A stretch of 64,000 bases of DNA from Vitrella brassicaformis CCMP3155 (taxonomy: Eukaryota > Protista > Chromerida), in NCBI GenBank assembly GCA_001179505.1, contig CDMY01000270.1, positions 62,001 to 126,000 of the forward strand, read 5' to 3'. Position 1 is the stretch's first letter. The number at the start of each line of letters is the position of its first letter. Of this stretch, positions 50,164-61,852 are shown in pieces. The notes below the pieces were generated by a model that saw only the letters and a program-made list of their open reading frames with translations, searched no databases and had not been told where the DNA came from. The translations under genes and the position numbers were made by a program.

Positions 50164-52023
50164 CCCCTCTGCGCATGGCTTCCTTCAGGGCGACCTGATA
50201 GTGTTTCTCGACGCCCACGTGAAGCCCGACCCCGGGTGGACGGCGCCCCTGATCCGGCACACCAACACCAACTACAAGAGGGTGGTGGTGCCGCTGATCC
50301 CCATCCTCAACGGCGAGACCTGGGAGATCAACCGGGCGGCGGTGGGTGTCAAGATGATGTTCGACTGGACGCTGCAGTTCCAGTGGTTCGAGGACCACAA
50401 CGACCTGGTGCCCTGCATGAGCGGGGGGCTGCTGGCGATGACCAAGCGGTGGTGGGAGGAGAGCGGCAAGCTCGATGACGGCATGTATGAGTGGGGCGGG
50501 GAGAACATAGAGCAGTCCATACGGATCTGGCTCTGCGGGGGCGAGATCTATGTCGCAAGGGACTCCATCGTCGGGCACGTCTTCAGGGAAAAGTTCCCTT
50601 ATAAGGTCAGAGAGAGAGAGAGAGAGTTAGTGAGTGAGTGCGCCGCATGAGATGACGGCCTCTCTCTCTTTGTGATATTCTTGTTATTGTTCCTGTCGGT
50701 CGTGTGGTGTGCAGATTGACAACGAGAAGATCATGGTCAACAAGGCCCGAGCAGTGGAGGTGTGGTGGGACGAGTACAAGGAAAAGTGAGTAGGCAGAAA
50801 GAGACAGCACAGCTCGGACACGACCTGATTCGTAAAAGAATCCCGCACTCTGTGTGTCCGTGCCGTGTGTGGTCCTCCCGTGCAGGTTCTACCAGCACTA
50901 TCCGTCAGGTCGCAAGTTCAAGGACCGCATGGGCAACACCACCGAAAGGGAGACTATCAAGGAGCGGCTCAACTGCAAACCATTCAGCTGGTGAGGATTC
51001 ACGGCATCCCCTCTGGACTCCCCCCCTCCCTCACACACGCAAGGCAAGTCTCTCGTGTGATTGTGTTATGTGCAGGTATGTCGAGAAGTTCCACGACGTG
51101 TTTGTGGATCGCGGTATGCTGCCGATGAACACGTTCCTCATCCAGAAGGCCGGCACCGACCAGTGCCTCATCCCCAGCCAGCACGTCCTCAACCAGCGGA
51201 ACCCCCCGCTCAGCAGAGACAGACTCGCTTACACCACCTGTGACAAAGAAAGCAAAGCGCAGAGGTCAGTGAGTGAGTGATCACCTGCAGAGACCGACGC
51301 ACACGACACCACACGTATCTCATTATGTGTGTGTGTGAGTGGTTGCAGGTTTCAGTGGCGCAACCAGGGTAGGACGTTGCAGAATGTTGAGAGCAAGAAG
51401 TGCTTCGACGCGGCCAACCCGCCCAGCGAGGGCCACGAGACCATCCTCTTCCTCTGCGAAGGCACCAACCACAACCAGGTAGGTACACACAACCAAACGC
51501 ACCCACGCTGAATGACACTGACAGATCTGATCAGATCAGCACAGCGCATCTCTCTCTCTGTATGTGTCTGTGTGTGTGTGTGTGTGCAGGTGTGGGAGCA
51601 CACCAACGGGCGGCTCACCCACTCGTCCTTCTGCGCAGGCACCAAGAGTACGCACCGCATGACGACTGTCTGTCTGTATGTATGTGTGCGCACGGCGCAT
51701 GTGGTGACATATTGTGTGTGTGTGTGCGTCCCGTCCTTCTGCAGACGACCAGTTGACGCTCCACTTGTGGCACTGCAGCGACAAGCCCGCCGAGGAGGGA
51801 CAGCTCTTCAAATTCGTCGATTACAAGGCCGAATTCCAGTACGCAACCAACAGAGACAGACGCACAGCCACACACCCACAGCCACTCAAGCGCACACCCA
51901 CACATTGGCACTCGTGCGCGTGTGTGTGTGGTTTGTGTCAGGAATGTGCCCAAGAAGAAGAAAAAAGATAAAGACAAGGACAAGGACAAAGACAAAGACA
52001 AGGAAAAGGACAAACGGCAGTAG
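49270..52023 (+). CDS. GALNT: Polypeptide N-acetylgalactosaminyltransferase (GT27) with a C-terminal ricin-B lectin domain
   Basis: VSVILAAHNE, KEIIIV|DDGS, REGLIRSKLIG, FLDAHVKP (DxH motif), CMSGGLLAM, WGGENIEQSIRIWLCGGEI, and QxW-type repeats QR|FQWRN and NQ|VWEH. The predicted last exon ends ...KKKKKDKDKDKDKDKDKEKDKRQ*. Confidence 0.93.
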
Positions 52024-52775
52024 AGCTGCAGCTGCCGATCCCCGCCCCCCCCCCTCCCCTCCCCCTTGTGTCATTGATTCCGTTCTCTGGTGGTTGGTCG
52101 TCGTTTCACATATACCCATACAGTGATTTCCACCACCAGAGAGCCACATTTTCGCTTCATCGTGGCTCGCTCACGGACAGATAGATGTGTGTGTGTGCGT
52201 AAAGGTCGCGATGGCGACCGACGGCTGTCTGCCTGTCTGAGTGTCTGCGGACACCACCAGGGTTGCCAGAAGAGAAGAGCCAAGAAAGCCAGGCAGCGAC
52301 AAGAGAAAGGGCTGAGAGGCTTCAATTAATGGGGCGGGTGGGTGGGTGGAGTGGGAGTAGGAAGGTAGACAGGCAGGTTGAAAGGTAGGTCTGGCTCTTT
52401 GTATATAATATTGCGTGTGCTCTGTGTGTGTGTGTGTGTGTGTGGAGCGTCCATTCACTCACTCAGTCACTCACTGGTGCAGCATTCATCGTATTTGTGG
52501 CTCTATCTATCTATACCTCTCTCTCTCTTCTCCTGTCTGTCTAACAGACAAACCCAACACGCATCGCATGAGTGGGTGCGGTGGATGTGGTACCTACCTA
52601 CCCTTGTTGTCTGTCGGATTGGTGCGTACCGTACGTGTCATAGTCATATTAAGCCGTGTGTCTCTCCTGTGTCCATCTCACACCTTGGCCTTCACACACG
52701 CATTGCATTCAGATCAATCAATCCACCACACCACACCACAGCCAGACAGACACCCAACCCCAGTACCACCCAGGT

Positions 52776-55700
52776 CTATCTGTTGGCGGCCTTCCGAAGG
52801 TTCTCGTAGTACAAGAGACACCTGTCATTGGCCCGAATGACGTACCGTAGCTCGTTCTCATCCCGCACGCCGTGGATGGTCAGGCCCTCCAGGCTCTTCA
52901 CACGCGACAAAGCGACATACGCCTGACCCTCGGCAAACGTGCCGGCGAGGCCCACCTCAGCCATGTCTATGGTCATACCTGCAGACGGACACACAGAAGG
53001 CGTGTTCTCGTGAGTGACTTGTTAATTGTTGTTTGTGTTTGTGTGTGTCGGTTGGTTGGTTGGTGACCTTACCTTGCGATTTGTGTACGGTGAATGCCCA
53101 TGCGAGTACCAGGGGGACCTGCGTTCGTGTGGCCACCACCTGGTTGCCCACCTGCACACACACACACACACACAGTCAGGCGGAGATGAGACCGAGAGAG
53201 ACACGGATGGATGGATGGAGGTGTTTGTGTGAGCCGTCCGTCTGGCAGGACGTACTCTGACGTCAAAGCAAGTCGCGTTGATCTCGTGGTCTTTCGACCC
53301 CGCTGCACCGGGGAAGTGCACCAGCAACTTGGGGTGAATCCTAAGTGCACAAAACACACACACACACACACTCACCCTTTCGCACACACAAAGGAGTGTC
53401 CTCTGTCTGTGTGTGCATTTGTTTGTGTGTGTCTCCCTTACTGTGTGACAACCCCTCTCGCGCCGTTGACGAGGTGTCTGGAGGCGTTGATGGTCTTGAC
53501 CAAAATGACCTGGGCGCCCTTCTTGAGTGTCAGATGGCGGGGGGCGTTGGTGGCCATGTCCAAATCGATGCCGCCGGGCCCTGCATCCAGATGAAAGGTG
53601 TCTGTCATCGATGGGGTGCGTGCGGGCGATGGATGGATGGATGGATGGATGGCCCACCGGTGTTGTCGACTGCCAGGAACTCCCTCGTCTGTCCGGGCAG
53701 CTGGCGCAGCGACTCACGGTTCAATTCATCCACCTCCTTCCTGAGAAGAATTCCCCACACACACACATCAATCGGCTGGCGTGTGCGTGTGTCTCCCCAC
53801 CTTCTCGGCAGCAGTTTGGTGGCCACGACGCCCGCCTTGCTCTGACCCTGCTGCTGCTGCTGCTGCTGCTGGCGGCCATTGATGAGGTGTCTGGCGTGTG
53901 CCATGAGAAGTGTGAGTGTTGCAGGTGACGGGTTGCCGAAGCGGATCTCGTTGAGGATCGAGATGAACTGCTGGTTGGATTGACGGAACACTGACACCTC
54001 GCACACACAGATGTGCCGTGCGGTTTGTGCGTCAGCCTTCAGGCCAGGCCAGTCAGGTATACCTTGTGTGAGCTCGACAGTGTGCTGCACCGTCTTGCGC
54101 CACGCATCAGTCTGCTCAAGACACGCCGACAACGTCCACACACGCATCAATCACCCAACGTCTCCGCCATCTCACCTCAAAGGCGAATATGACGGGCAGC
54201 TTCCGAACCCCCCTGCGTGAGCCCGTCGACGCGTTGCTCTGCAGACTGGCCGTGGAGTCGCTGCGTTTGATGCCCGGCGGCCCGCGGGATGACGATGCAG
54301 CAGCAGCAGGGAGCGATGCGGGGTCGTTGGGTGGAACAGGTGGCAGCTGGAGGAAATCGCCAGAGATGAGCAACTAAATGAGACATACAGAGGAGAGCTT
54401 AGGAGACAGCGAAGAGCCATGGCTACAAGTCATCGAGTACCTGAAGGCCGCCGAAGGGCTTGTGACAACCACGGAGGCGACGCCCCAGCTCTGATCAGGG
54501 GAGGGGAGGGGATGGATCGAGAGTGCGTGTGGGGTGTCCTGTGCCTGCCTGCCCACCTTCCAGCTTTTGGAAGAAGCGCCCCTCCACCATGGAGATCTCG
54601 TCGATGATGAGCGTCTTGGCCGACGTCCAACGCTGACCGGCAGAGACGCGGACATACATGTACAGTCCATGTGCCTACCTTGATCAGGTCTGCCGTGGCC
54701 CATTCGTGGCATTTATTGTGGTGTGTGGTCAGGTCAGGTAAGGTACCTACCTGCATTGCCTGGAAGCTCTTCGTGACAGACGACACGATGCGATCGACGG
54801 TGTCATCAGAGTTCTGAATGCCTGGATCAAGGAGGGAAAAAAGGCCAAGGGAAGAGAATACAGCAGCATGTTTCATGTCTGTCTGCTCCTGCACTCATGG
54901 CATGTATGTATGTGCGTGTTCCTGACCTCCGAACTTCTGGATGGTGCTGCCGCCTATCTGGCAGGCTGCGAGGCCCGTCGACGCCGTCACGAACAGCGTG
55001 TCCTGGGGGATGAAACTCTTGAGTATGTGGATGAGGTAACTCTTGCCAACACCTGCCATGGATGGAAACACGTACAGATACAGATACTACAGCGCACATG
55101 CGGTGTGAGTGCACTCGTCTGCATTAATGTAAGCCAAGCCCACCAGCCCCGCCCGTGAAGAAAACATTCTTCCCATATCTCGCCAGGTTGACCACCTGAA
55201 GACACACAACCAGAGCTCCCGGTCTCTCTTGCCTTCCTTGCCCCTTCTCACCTTCTTCTGTGCCTCCGTGAGGTTGTCAGCCTCCGGACACAGTGCCAGC
55301 GGCCTCGACACGGCCGACACCCCCGACACCCCAGACCGCCCCGACCTTCCTGACGAGTCGCTTTTCCCGCCGGGTGAGGCGTCCCTCCTCTCCCTTTCCC
55401 GCTTCATCTCATCCGGTGTGGGCCGTGATGCGTTGCGCTTGGCGGGGTGTAAGGGAGGGAGGAGGCTGCCGCTGTGGTAGTCGATCTGTCGTTTCAGGTC
55501 CGCACGGCGGGGCAGGACGGGCTCGGAAACAAACGAGTTGGCGCGGGACGGAGGGCGACTTGCGACGCTCGAAGAGGGCTTCGCATACGGATTGGCCTGT
55601 TGTGCAGGCTGCTGGCGGGGTTTGTGAGGACCCTTTGCCGCCAATGCAGGTCTGCCCTGCGGCCGCGTCGAGCGGCCCTCCACTCCCAAGCCATTCATCA

Positions 55701-56098
55701 GCGCCAGCACCTCCTGCCTGATGGTCCGGAGGGTCTGCGGGTCGCCCTGGAGCATCACCTGGCAGTCCTTCTTCTTAAATTTGAATGACATCTTGCCCTC
55801 GGCCTCCAGCAACCTGCAGGCACGACGGACACACGAATGCACACACGATGGATGGATGGATGGACGGATGGATGTGCCGCTTTGTTCAAAGTTTGTTGGT
55901 GAAGCCTACTTACTTGTCATAGAGAGTGAAGTCCCAGAGGTGGAACTGCTCGGCGGGCTTGTTGCGCAGGCAAATGCACAGATGTTTGTTGCGGACATAG
56001 ACGGGTACGTTGCGGTAGGGATACTGGCACGGGCTGCCAGAAGACGTACCTTTCTCTAACACCACAGACGCCACACTTTCAGGCACAGGCGATGTCAT
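52776..56098 (-). CDS. PIF1: PIF1 family 5'-3' DNA helicase
   Basis: NVFFTGGAG|VGKSYLI (Walker A), VTASTGLAACQIGGSTI, LIIDEISMV, SGDFLQLPPV, VFRQS, LKKGAQVILVKTI...LVNGARGVV, QVPLVLAWAFTVHKSQG|MTID and GQAYVALSR. Confidence 0.96.
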
Positions 56099-56312
56099 TC
56101 TGTGCAAACCGGGGAAGAAGGATCGACGAACTTGTAACTTGTAAATTGCGAGCTCAAGCGGGTTGAAGAGCTCACTTCGTTGTTATGCTGTCTTACACAG
56201 CACAGACTCTTCCTCTCCGGAGATTTGCACCGACAGCGACTTGCCTTTTGACTGGCGCCACCGGCCCGCCCAGGGCTGCACATCCTGGGCCGTCTCCGTC
56301 TCACCCCGCAGA

Positions 56313-58996
56313 ATGGGAAAGATGAACGCCGGCAGCGAAGGCGCACCAGGACTCCTCGTGCAGAAGCTCACCGCCGAGAACGCCCGGGTAGGCCAACCCA
56401 TCTGCCTACCCCCTGTGTTGCAGTGGATGTGGCACTGCATGCAGCTGATAGCTGGCCAGCAGGAGCTGGAGGCTCGGCTGAAAGGAGTGGAGGCGGCGCG
56501 AGACGTCCTCAGGACATCCATTGCCCCGACTACAACTACAAAAGAGGACGGCAACAATGGACAGACCGATGGGGTGTCTCCCTCGACACTGCTGGACAAA
56601 AGGTGCATGAGACTCTGAGAATAGGGAGACGAAGTGATCGTGACGTGTCGCCCCTCTCTGTAATGATATGCGCGTTTCAGTGTCGAGATTGAATTGAACA
56701 CCCTTCGTAAGGAGCTCCTCAAGGCCATCTCAAAGTTCACGAGACACAACAACAGCTTCCGAGACATGCAGCAGCGAAAGTCAGGCAGCCCACCGACCCG
56801 GCAGCAGTTGTCGTGAGTGAGTACTCCTTGTGCAACTGTCTGGCTGCAGGGAAGAGCTTGAGGGCGAGAATGCTCGATTGCAGAAGGAGCTAGAGACACA
56901 CAGGAGAAGTGAGCACAGCCACGCACAGACGGATACAGACGGCGAAATGGATGTTTGTCCATCTGTGTTTTGTGTAGGGTCTCACATGTACATGATGCGC
57001 ATCACTACCATGAGCTTGAAAGAAAGGGACACCAAGACCAATAGGGCGCAATCGCAGCTCTCAGCGGCATCTACTCCAGCAAGGCCCGCAGCCACTACCA
57101 AGCCCGCAGATGACCCTTCGGGCTCTAGAGATGAGGTTGCAGACCTGAAGAAGCTCAAGGAACAACTCGTCAAATCGGTCGGTCGGTATGCAGGCAGACC
57201 AATGCATCCATGTACCGTTTCTCCCATTGCATGCGCAGATCGAGGAGAGAGACAGACAGCTACAGGTAAGAGAGCCAGCAAACAATGGCGCGCGTAAGGC
57301 TTAAATGCGTCTTTCCATCTCAGGCCCGTTCCACGTTGATCAGCGAGCTCCAGGAGCGCCTCAGCGCATTCGAAAAAAGACCGACGAGACAAAGAAATAA
57401 TCAGCCCATCACGGCCTCGCTGTCCTCTCCCGACCTTCTTGAAGCGACACGGGAGCATTTCGAACAACTCAAACACCAGCACGCACAAGGTAGGGCAGAG
57501 AGACTCATACGTCAGATCCCCCGTGGCTGACACGCTTCCCCCCGCCCTTTGCCTTCACACACAGTGCAAGACCACGCGCAGAGTCTGAAGCGGCAGCTGA
57601 CCACACAGAAGGACAAGGTGGGCGAAAACCACGCACAGGGAGTCCAATGCAGCCGCTGGATGGATGGGTGGGTGGGTGGATGCAGCTACGTGCCGTGACT
57701 GAAGAGAGAGACAGATTGGGCGAGGTCAGCAGGCCTTTTAGCCCCTGCACACGACTGCATGGTTGTGTGTGTTGTATGTTGGCTCAGGCCCTGAGTGAGG
57801 CGGTGCAGCAGCTAGAGGACACACGCGTGAAGGAACAGCAGCAGGATGGCAGCCCCGAGCAGCGTGAGTGGAGGCGGAAGTGCCTGCAGCTCACTCAGTA
57901 AATTAGACCACAAACATCCACATGCATGTAGTGATGTGCACGTCCATGCAGGCGGCTGGTGGAAGTGCAGGAGAAGTGTGATGTCCTGGAGAGGCTGCTG
58001 CAGCACGAACAAGACAGCAGAGAGTAAGCCAACCCCCTCCCTCCCATACCCACACACGCACAGAAAGCGACACAGCCTCCTTTGTGCGCCTATTCTGATC
58101 AGTCCGCAGAAGAGAGAGCAGAGGGCCCAGGAGGATTTCGAGAAAAGAGCAGAGGGCATCAGGCGCAAGGCCGAGGAAGACGTTCGTCAGCTCGCCGAGA
58201 CATGGGCATCCAAGAACACTGAGCTGGCGGAAAGGATCAACAAGATCCAGGCTGACCGCGGAGCGGCCATCGATGCCCTCACGCAGAAGGTGGAGACGCT
58301 CCAGCACGAGCTCAGGTACGGCAAGGTGCTGCAGACAGGGATCGACAAGGGTATTCCTCTCCTGAGTCTCCTCTCGTGTGCGCCGTCCGTTCAGTGAGAA
58401 GGACGCCGAGAAGACAGCAGTGAAGAGTCATGTTGCCGAGCTGCAAAGACAGCTGGAGGTGACATGAACATACATATCACCCCATGTCTCGTCAGTCAGC
58501 ACCAATACCCACCCGTCTGTTCCGTCAGGCGAAAAGTGAGGAGGTCACTCAGCTAAAGGGGTCGCCATCTCAGCAGCAGCCGTCCAAGCCCCCTCTCTCA
58601 GCGGTGTCCAGCTCGGCTTCATCTTCGTCTCGCCCGTCCGCAGCCCCCCACAAGACGAGGCACATCCAGCGCCAGCGCACAAGCAGTGCGCGGACCATCC
58701 CCCGGAGCAGACAGAGCTCCCTGACATCGGTGGAAGGAGCCACCGCTACCCATGACGAGCCTGTTTGTCAGCCTGCAGCAGAACAAGACACGAGCAGGCC
58801 CTCTTCTCCCCCACCCCTCTCACCTCCTTCTGCTGTTCGCAAGAGTCATGTAAGAGTTGACGTCAGCCCTATAGCGACAGCAAGGCAGAGTGCTGCTGAC
58901 GGGGCGGACTCGCCTGCAGGGAAAACAGACAGCCAAGTAAAGGGGCATGGCAGTCCGACACTGATAGAGTGGATGCGATCGCAGAGAGGAAGATGA
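56313..58996 (+). CDS. Long coiled-coil protein with a Ser/Pro-rich C-terminus; function unknown
   Basis: Many short exons with heptad-like Glu/Lys/Leu/Gln content (LVQKLTAENAR, EELEGENARLQKELE, LISELQERLSAFE, EDFEKRAEGIRRKAEEDVRQL). Confidence 0.6.
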
Positions 58997-59704
58997 TCCG
59001 TGTTTCACTTAGTGAGGGTTTGTTTTGTGCACGCCAGCCATTGATGTGTTGACGAACGAGTGCTGTTGATTCAGGTGTCTGTACCGACGAGTGACTCCCA
59101 CCTCACCCACCTCAGCCACCCCACCCCACCCACACGCTAGGCACGACACGACAAAGTCACTTACATACATCTGGTCTGTCTCTGTCTGCATTCAACCCAC
59201 ACTCTCTCTCACATACCCACACACAGAGTACCTCGACCTGTGGCTGCTCGAGGGGAAAGACTAACTACTTCATCTGCCCGTGTCGCGTGCTTGTGTCGTC
59301 TGTCTCTCCGGTCCTCCCACCCCCATGCAATGCCATCAATACATACGCGCGTGCAGCGACAGATGCAGAAGTGCTGCTGACGCTGGAGATTGCTGATGCA
59401 TATCATATGGGTGGGTAGATGCGGCAGCTACACACTTACAACAACAAATGAGTGATTCCCCTCCCCACGCACACCGCCCCTTCCCGACGCAGAGCTCCAA
59501 CCAACGAAAAAGAGAGGCAAGCAAGTGAGATCGATCGTCGGTCATCCATCCATCCATCCTACCGACCTAGACCATCCTAGACAATGTTCCCCGCCCACCC
59601 ATCCACCCACCCCGTCTCCTCTCACCACCCCCCCCCCAACACCGGCACGCTACACGTATGTGCCCACCGCCACCGCCCGTTTCTCTGTCTGTGTGTCCTG
59701 CTCC

Positions 59705-61586
59705 TCACTGTGTGGTGCCGCTGCCCTGGCTGGGTGCTCCTCCCGTGGGGGCGTTGCCCGTCTGCTCAGGCATGGACTGGAGCTGGCTGACCAGGGCCTC
59801 AGGCACGTTGCCCTGCAGGTTGAGGGCAGCGGGGTCGAACGGCTGACCTGCAATGCAACACCGACCAGTCACATAATGAAGAAATGATCAGCTAGCTGTT
59901 CGTGTGCATGTGTGCCTGTGTGTGAGTGTGTGTGGCTGTACCTTTGAATGGCGAGCCCTCTGCGTCCCATGCGTCCTTGAGCAGGTTGGCCGTCTTGATC
60001 TGGTCGGACGTTGGCAGACCCTGGGCCTTCTGGTTCTGGTCGAACACTATCTTGCTGCACACACACACACACGGAACGGGACAGTATCACATCAACACAC
60101 AACCGATCGATAAGCGCCTGTCTGCCTGTCTGTGTGTCTGTCGCGCTCTCTCTGCCCTTACCGAATCGCACCCTGAGTTTCGTCATCGAAGTCCTCTGAC
60201 AATCCATCAGACAACCAAACAGAGAATGACAGACCCATGGTTCCGTTGCCTTCTCTCAGCTTACCGATCCTCTTGGAGGACTCAACTTTGGTGGGGTCGA
60301 TCTCAGGGTCGCCCTGCACAACACCAACACGTTCACACAATCGTGATGGTCGGTTGATTGGCTGGCTGGCTGGTCAAGGGGCTTTCCGTGTCTGTGTCGG
60401 CTCCCGACTCACCTCGATAACGCATTTCCACCAGGTCTCCTTGGTCTTGAAGAGCGTCACCACAACGCGCTCGCCGTCCTCCAGGCTGCACACACCCACA
60501 GCAAGGAGCGACACAGTGAGGGTTCCGCTGGCATGCATGCGGATGGTGGGATTGTCGTGCGTGTGGTCACCTCCACGTCGAGTCCTCCTTGAGGATTTTG
60601 TCGTACAGAGTGCCCTCCACTATCACCTCACCGCGACACGACACCTGACGTACACACACACACACACACACACACCCCGACCGTAAGCCTCACTGGTTGT
60701 CTCCGTTGTCGTCCCTCCCTCCTCCTTTCAGGCCTACCTTGAGGGTCTGGCCGCCGATGTCCACAGTAATGTCCTTTGCGTGGCACCTGGAGACGGGCAC
60801 CTCCACCGTCACCTCGGTGAAGGTCTGCGACCAGCGGTACCTGCCCGTCTCCCCCCCATTCCACGTCGAGATGTGCTTGGCCTCCTCGGGCGTCTCGTGC
60901 GTCTCCGCAGCCCTCGACGAGGTGTTCTCGGGTGTGGTGTCCTCGGGCATGGCCTGCGGGTTGCCGTTGCGCAGCTCCAGGGGACGGTCCATCTCGGCGG
61001 TGGGGATGGGCGAGGAGGGACCACTGTCCACCCGTGCCGAGGTGGTCACGGGAGTCAGCAGTGATGGGTTGACGGGGGCCAGTTCGTACTTTTTGTTGTT
61101 GTTGCCGCCGCCGTTCTTGTGGTTGGGAGAAGGCAGCTTGTCCTGACCGACACAGGTGAAGGGTGAAGCGCCAGAGAGAAGAGACGGCGTGCATCGCATC
61201 CAGAGGCATGTGTGGCGTGCCCCCGTCAGCTGTATACGTACGTACCGACAGTTGCCTGAGCTTGGCGGGCAGGCTCGGCTGCACACGGGAGATGTACTGG
61301 CGCTGGTACTTCTGGAAGGTGTCCTTGAGCATCTCCTCGGCTCGTCCGGGCACGAAGCCCATCTTCTCGCCCCTCTCGGTCATGATGTGGAAGAAGTCCG
61401 TGCGACGCTCCAGGAAACCTGAGAGGTGAGAAGGTGAGAAACCAAGGGGAGAGAGGGAGCATGCACCAGCTGACACAGTGTGTCACTGGGTGGTGTCCGC
61501 TGACTGAAGAAGGTCTCCAGGAGAGGCTCGATGCCCTCGTGATGACGCGCCAACCCCAGCAGCACATCGTCGTAGCGGTCGGACAT
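59705..61586 (-). CDS. NUDC: NudC-family (CS/p23 domain) co-chaperone
   Basis: MSDRYDDVLLGLARHHEGIEPLLETFFS|FLERRTDFF, YRWSQTFTEVTVEVP, GTLYDKI..EDSTW, WWKCVIE|GDPEID, DDFDDETQGAIR|KIVFDQNQKAQGLPTSDQ and AWDAEGSPFK|GQPFDP. Confidence 0.9.
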
Positions 61587-61852
61587 CCTGGAGGCTGGAT
61601 CTCCTCGCGGAACAAGGTCGGCAGATCAAGACGACGGGGAGGAAGATGAAGACGACAAGGTGGCCTCACGCCCCTGTAAGCGAGATCGGTGAGACTGCGA
61701 GCTTGGGACTGGGGGCGTCTGCGGGGCTTGAGAGATGCGCCTCCCCGGAGCTTGCCCTCATCGTTCCCCTTATCGTTGTCCTCATCGGTCATCGTCAGCG
61801 ATTCTCCCCACCTCCGCGTCGTCTCTCATTTGGGGACTGGTGGAAGGGAAAG

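Noticed and set aside
56150-56173. Imperfect inverted repeat gagctcaa...ttgaagagctc in the PIF1/coiled-coil spacer
   Set aside because: Largely explained by the self-complementary GAGCTC overlapping the TGCGAGCT motif; not independent evidence of a structured RNA.
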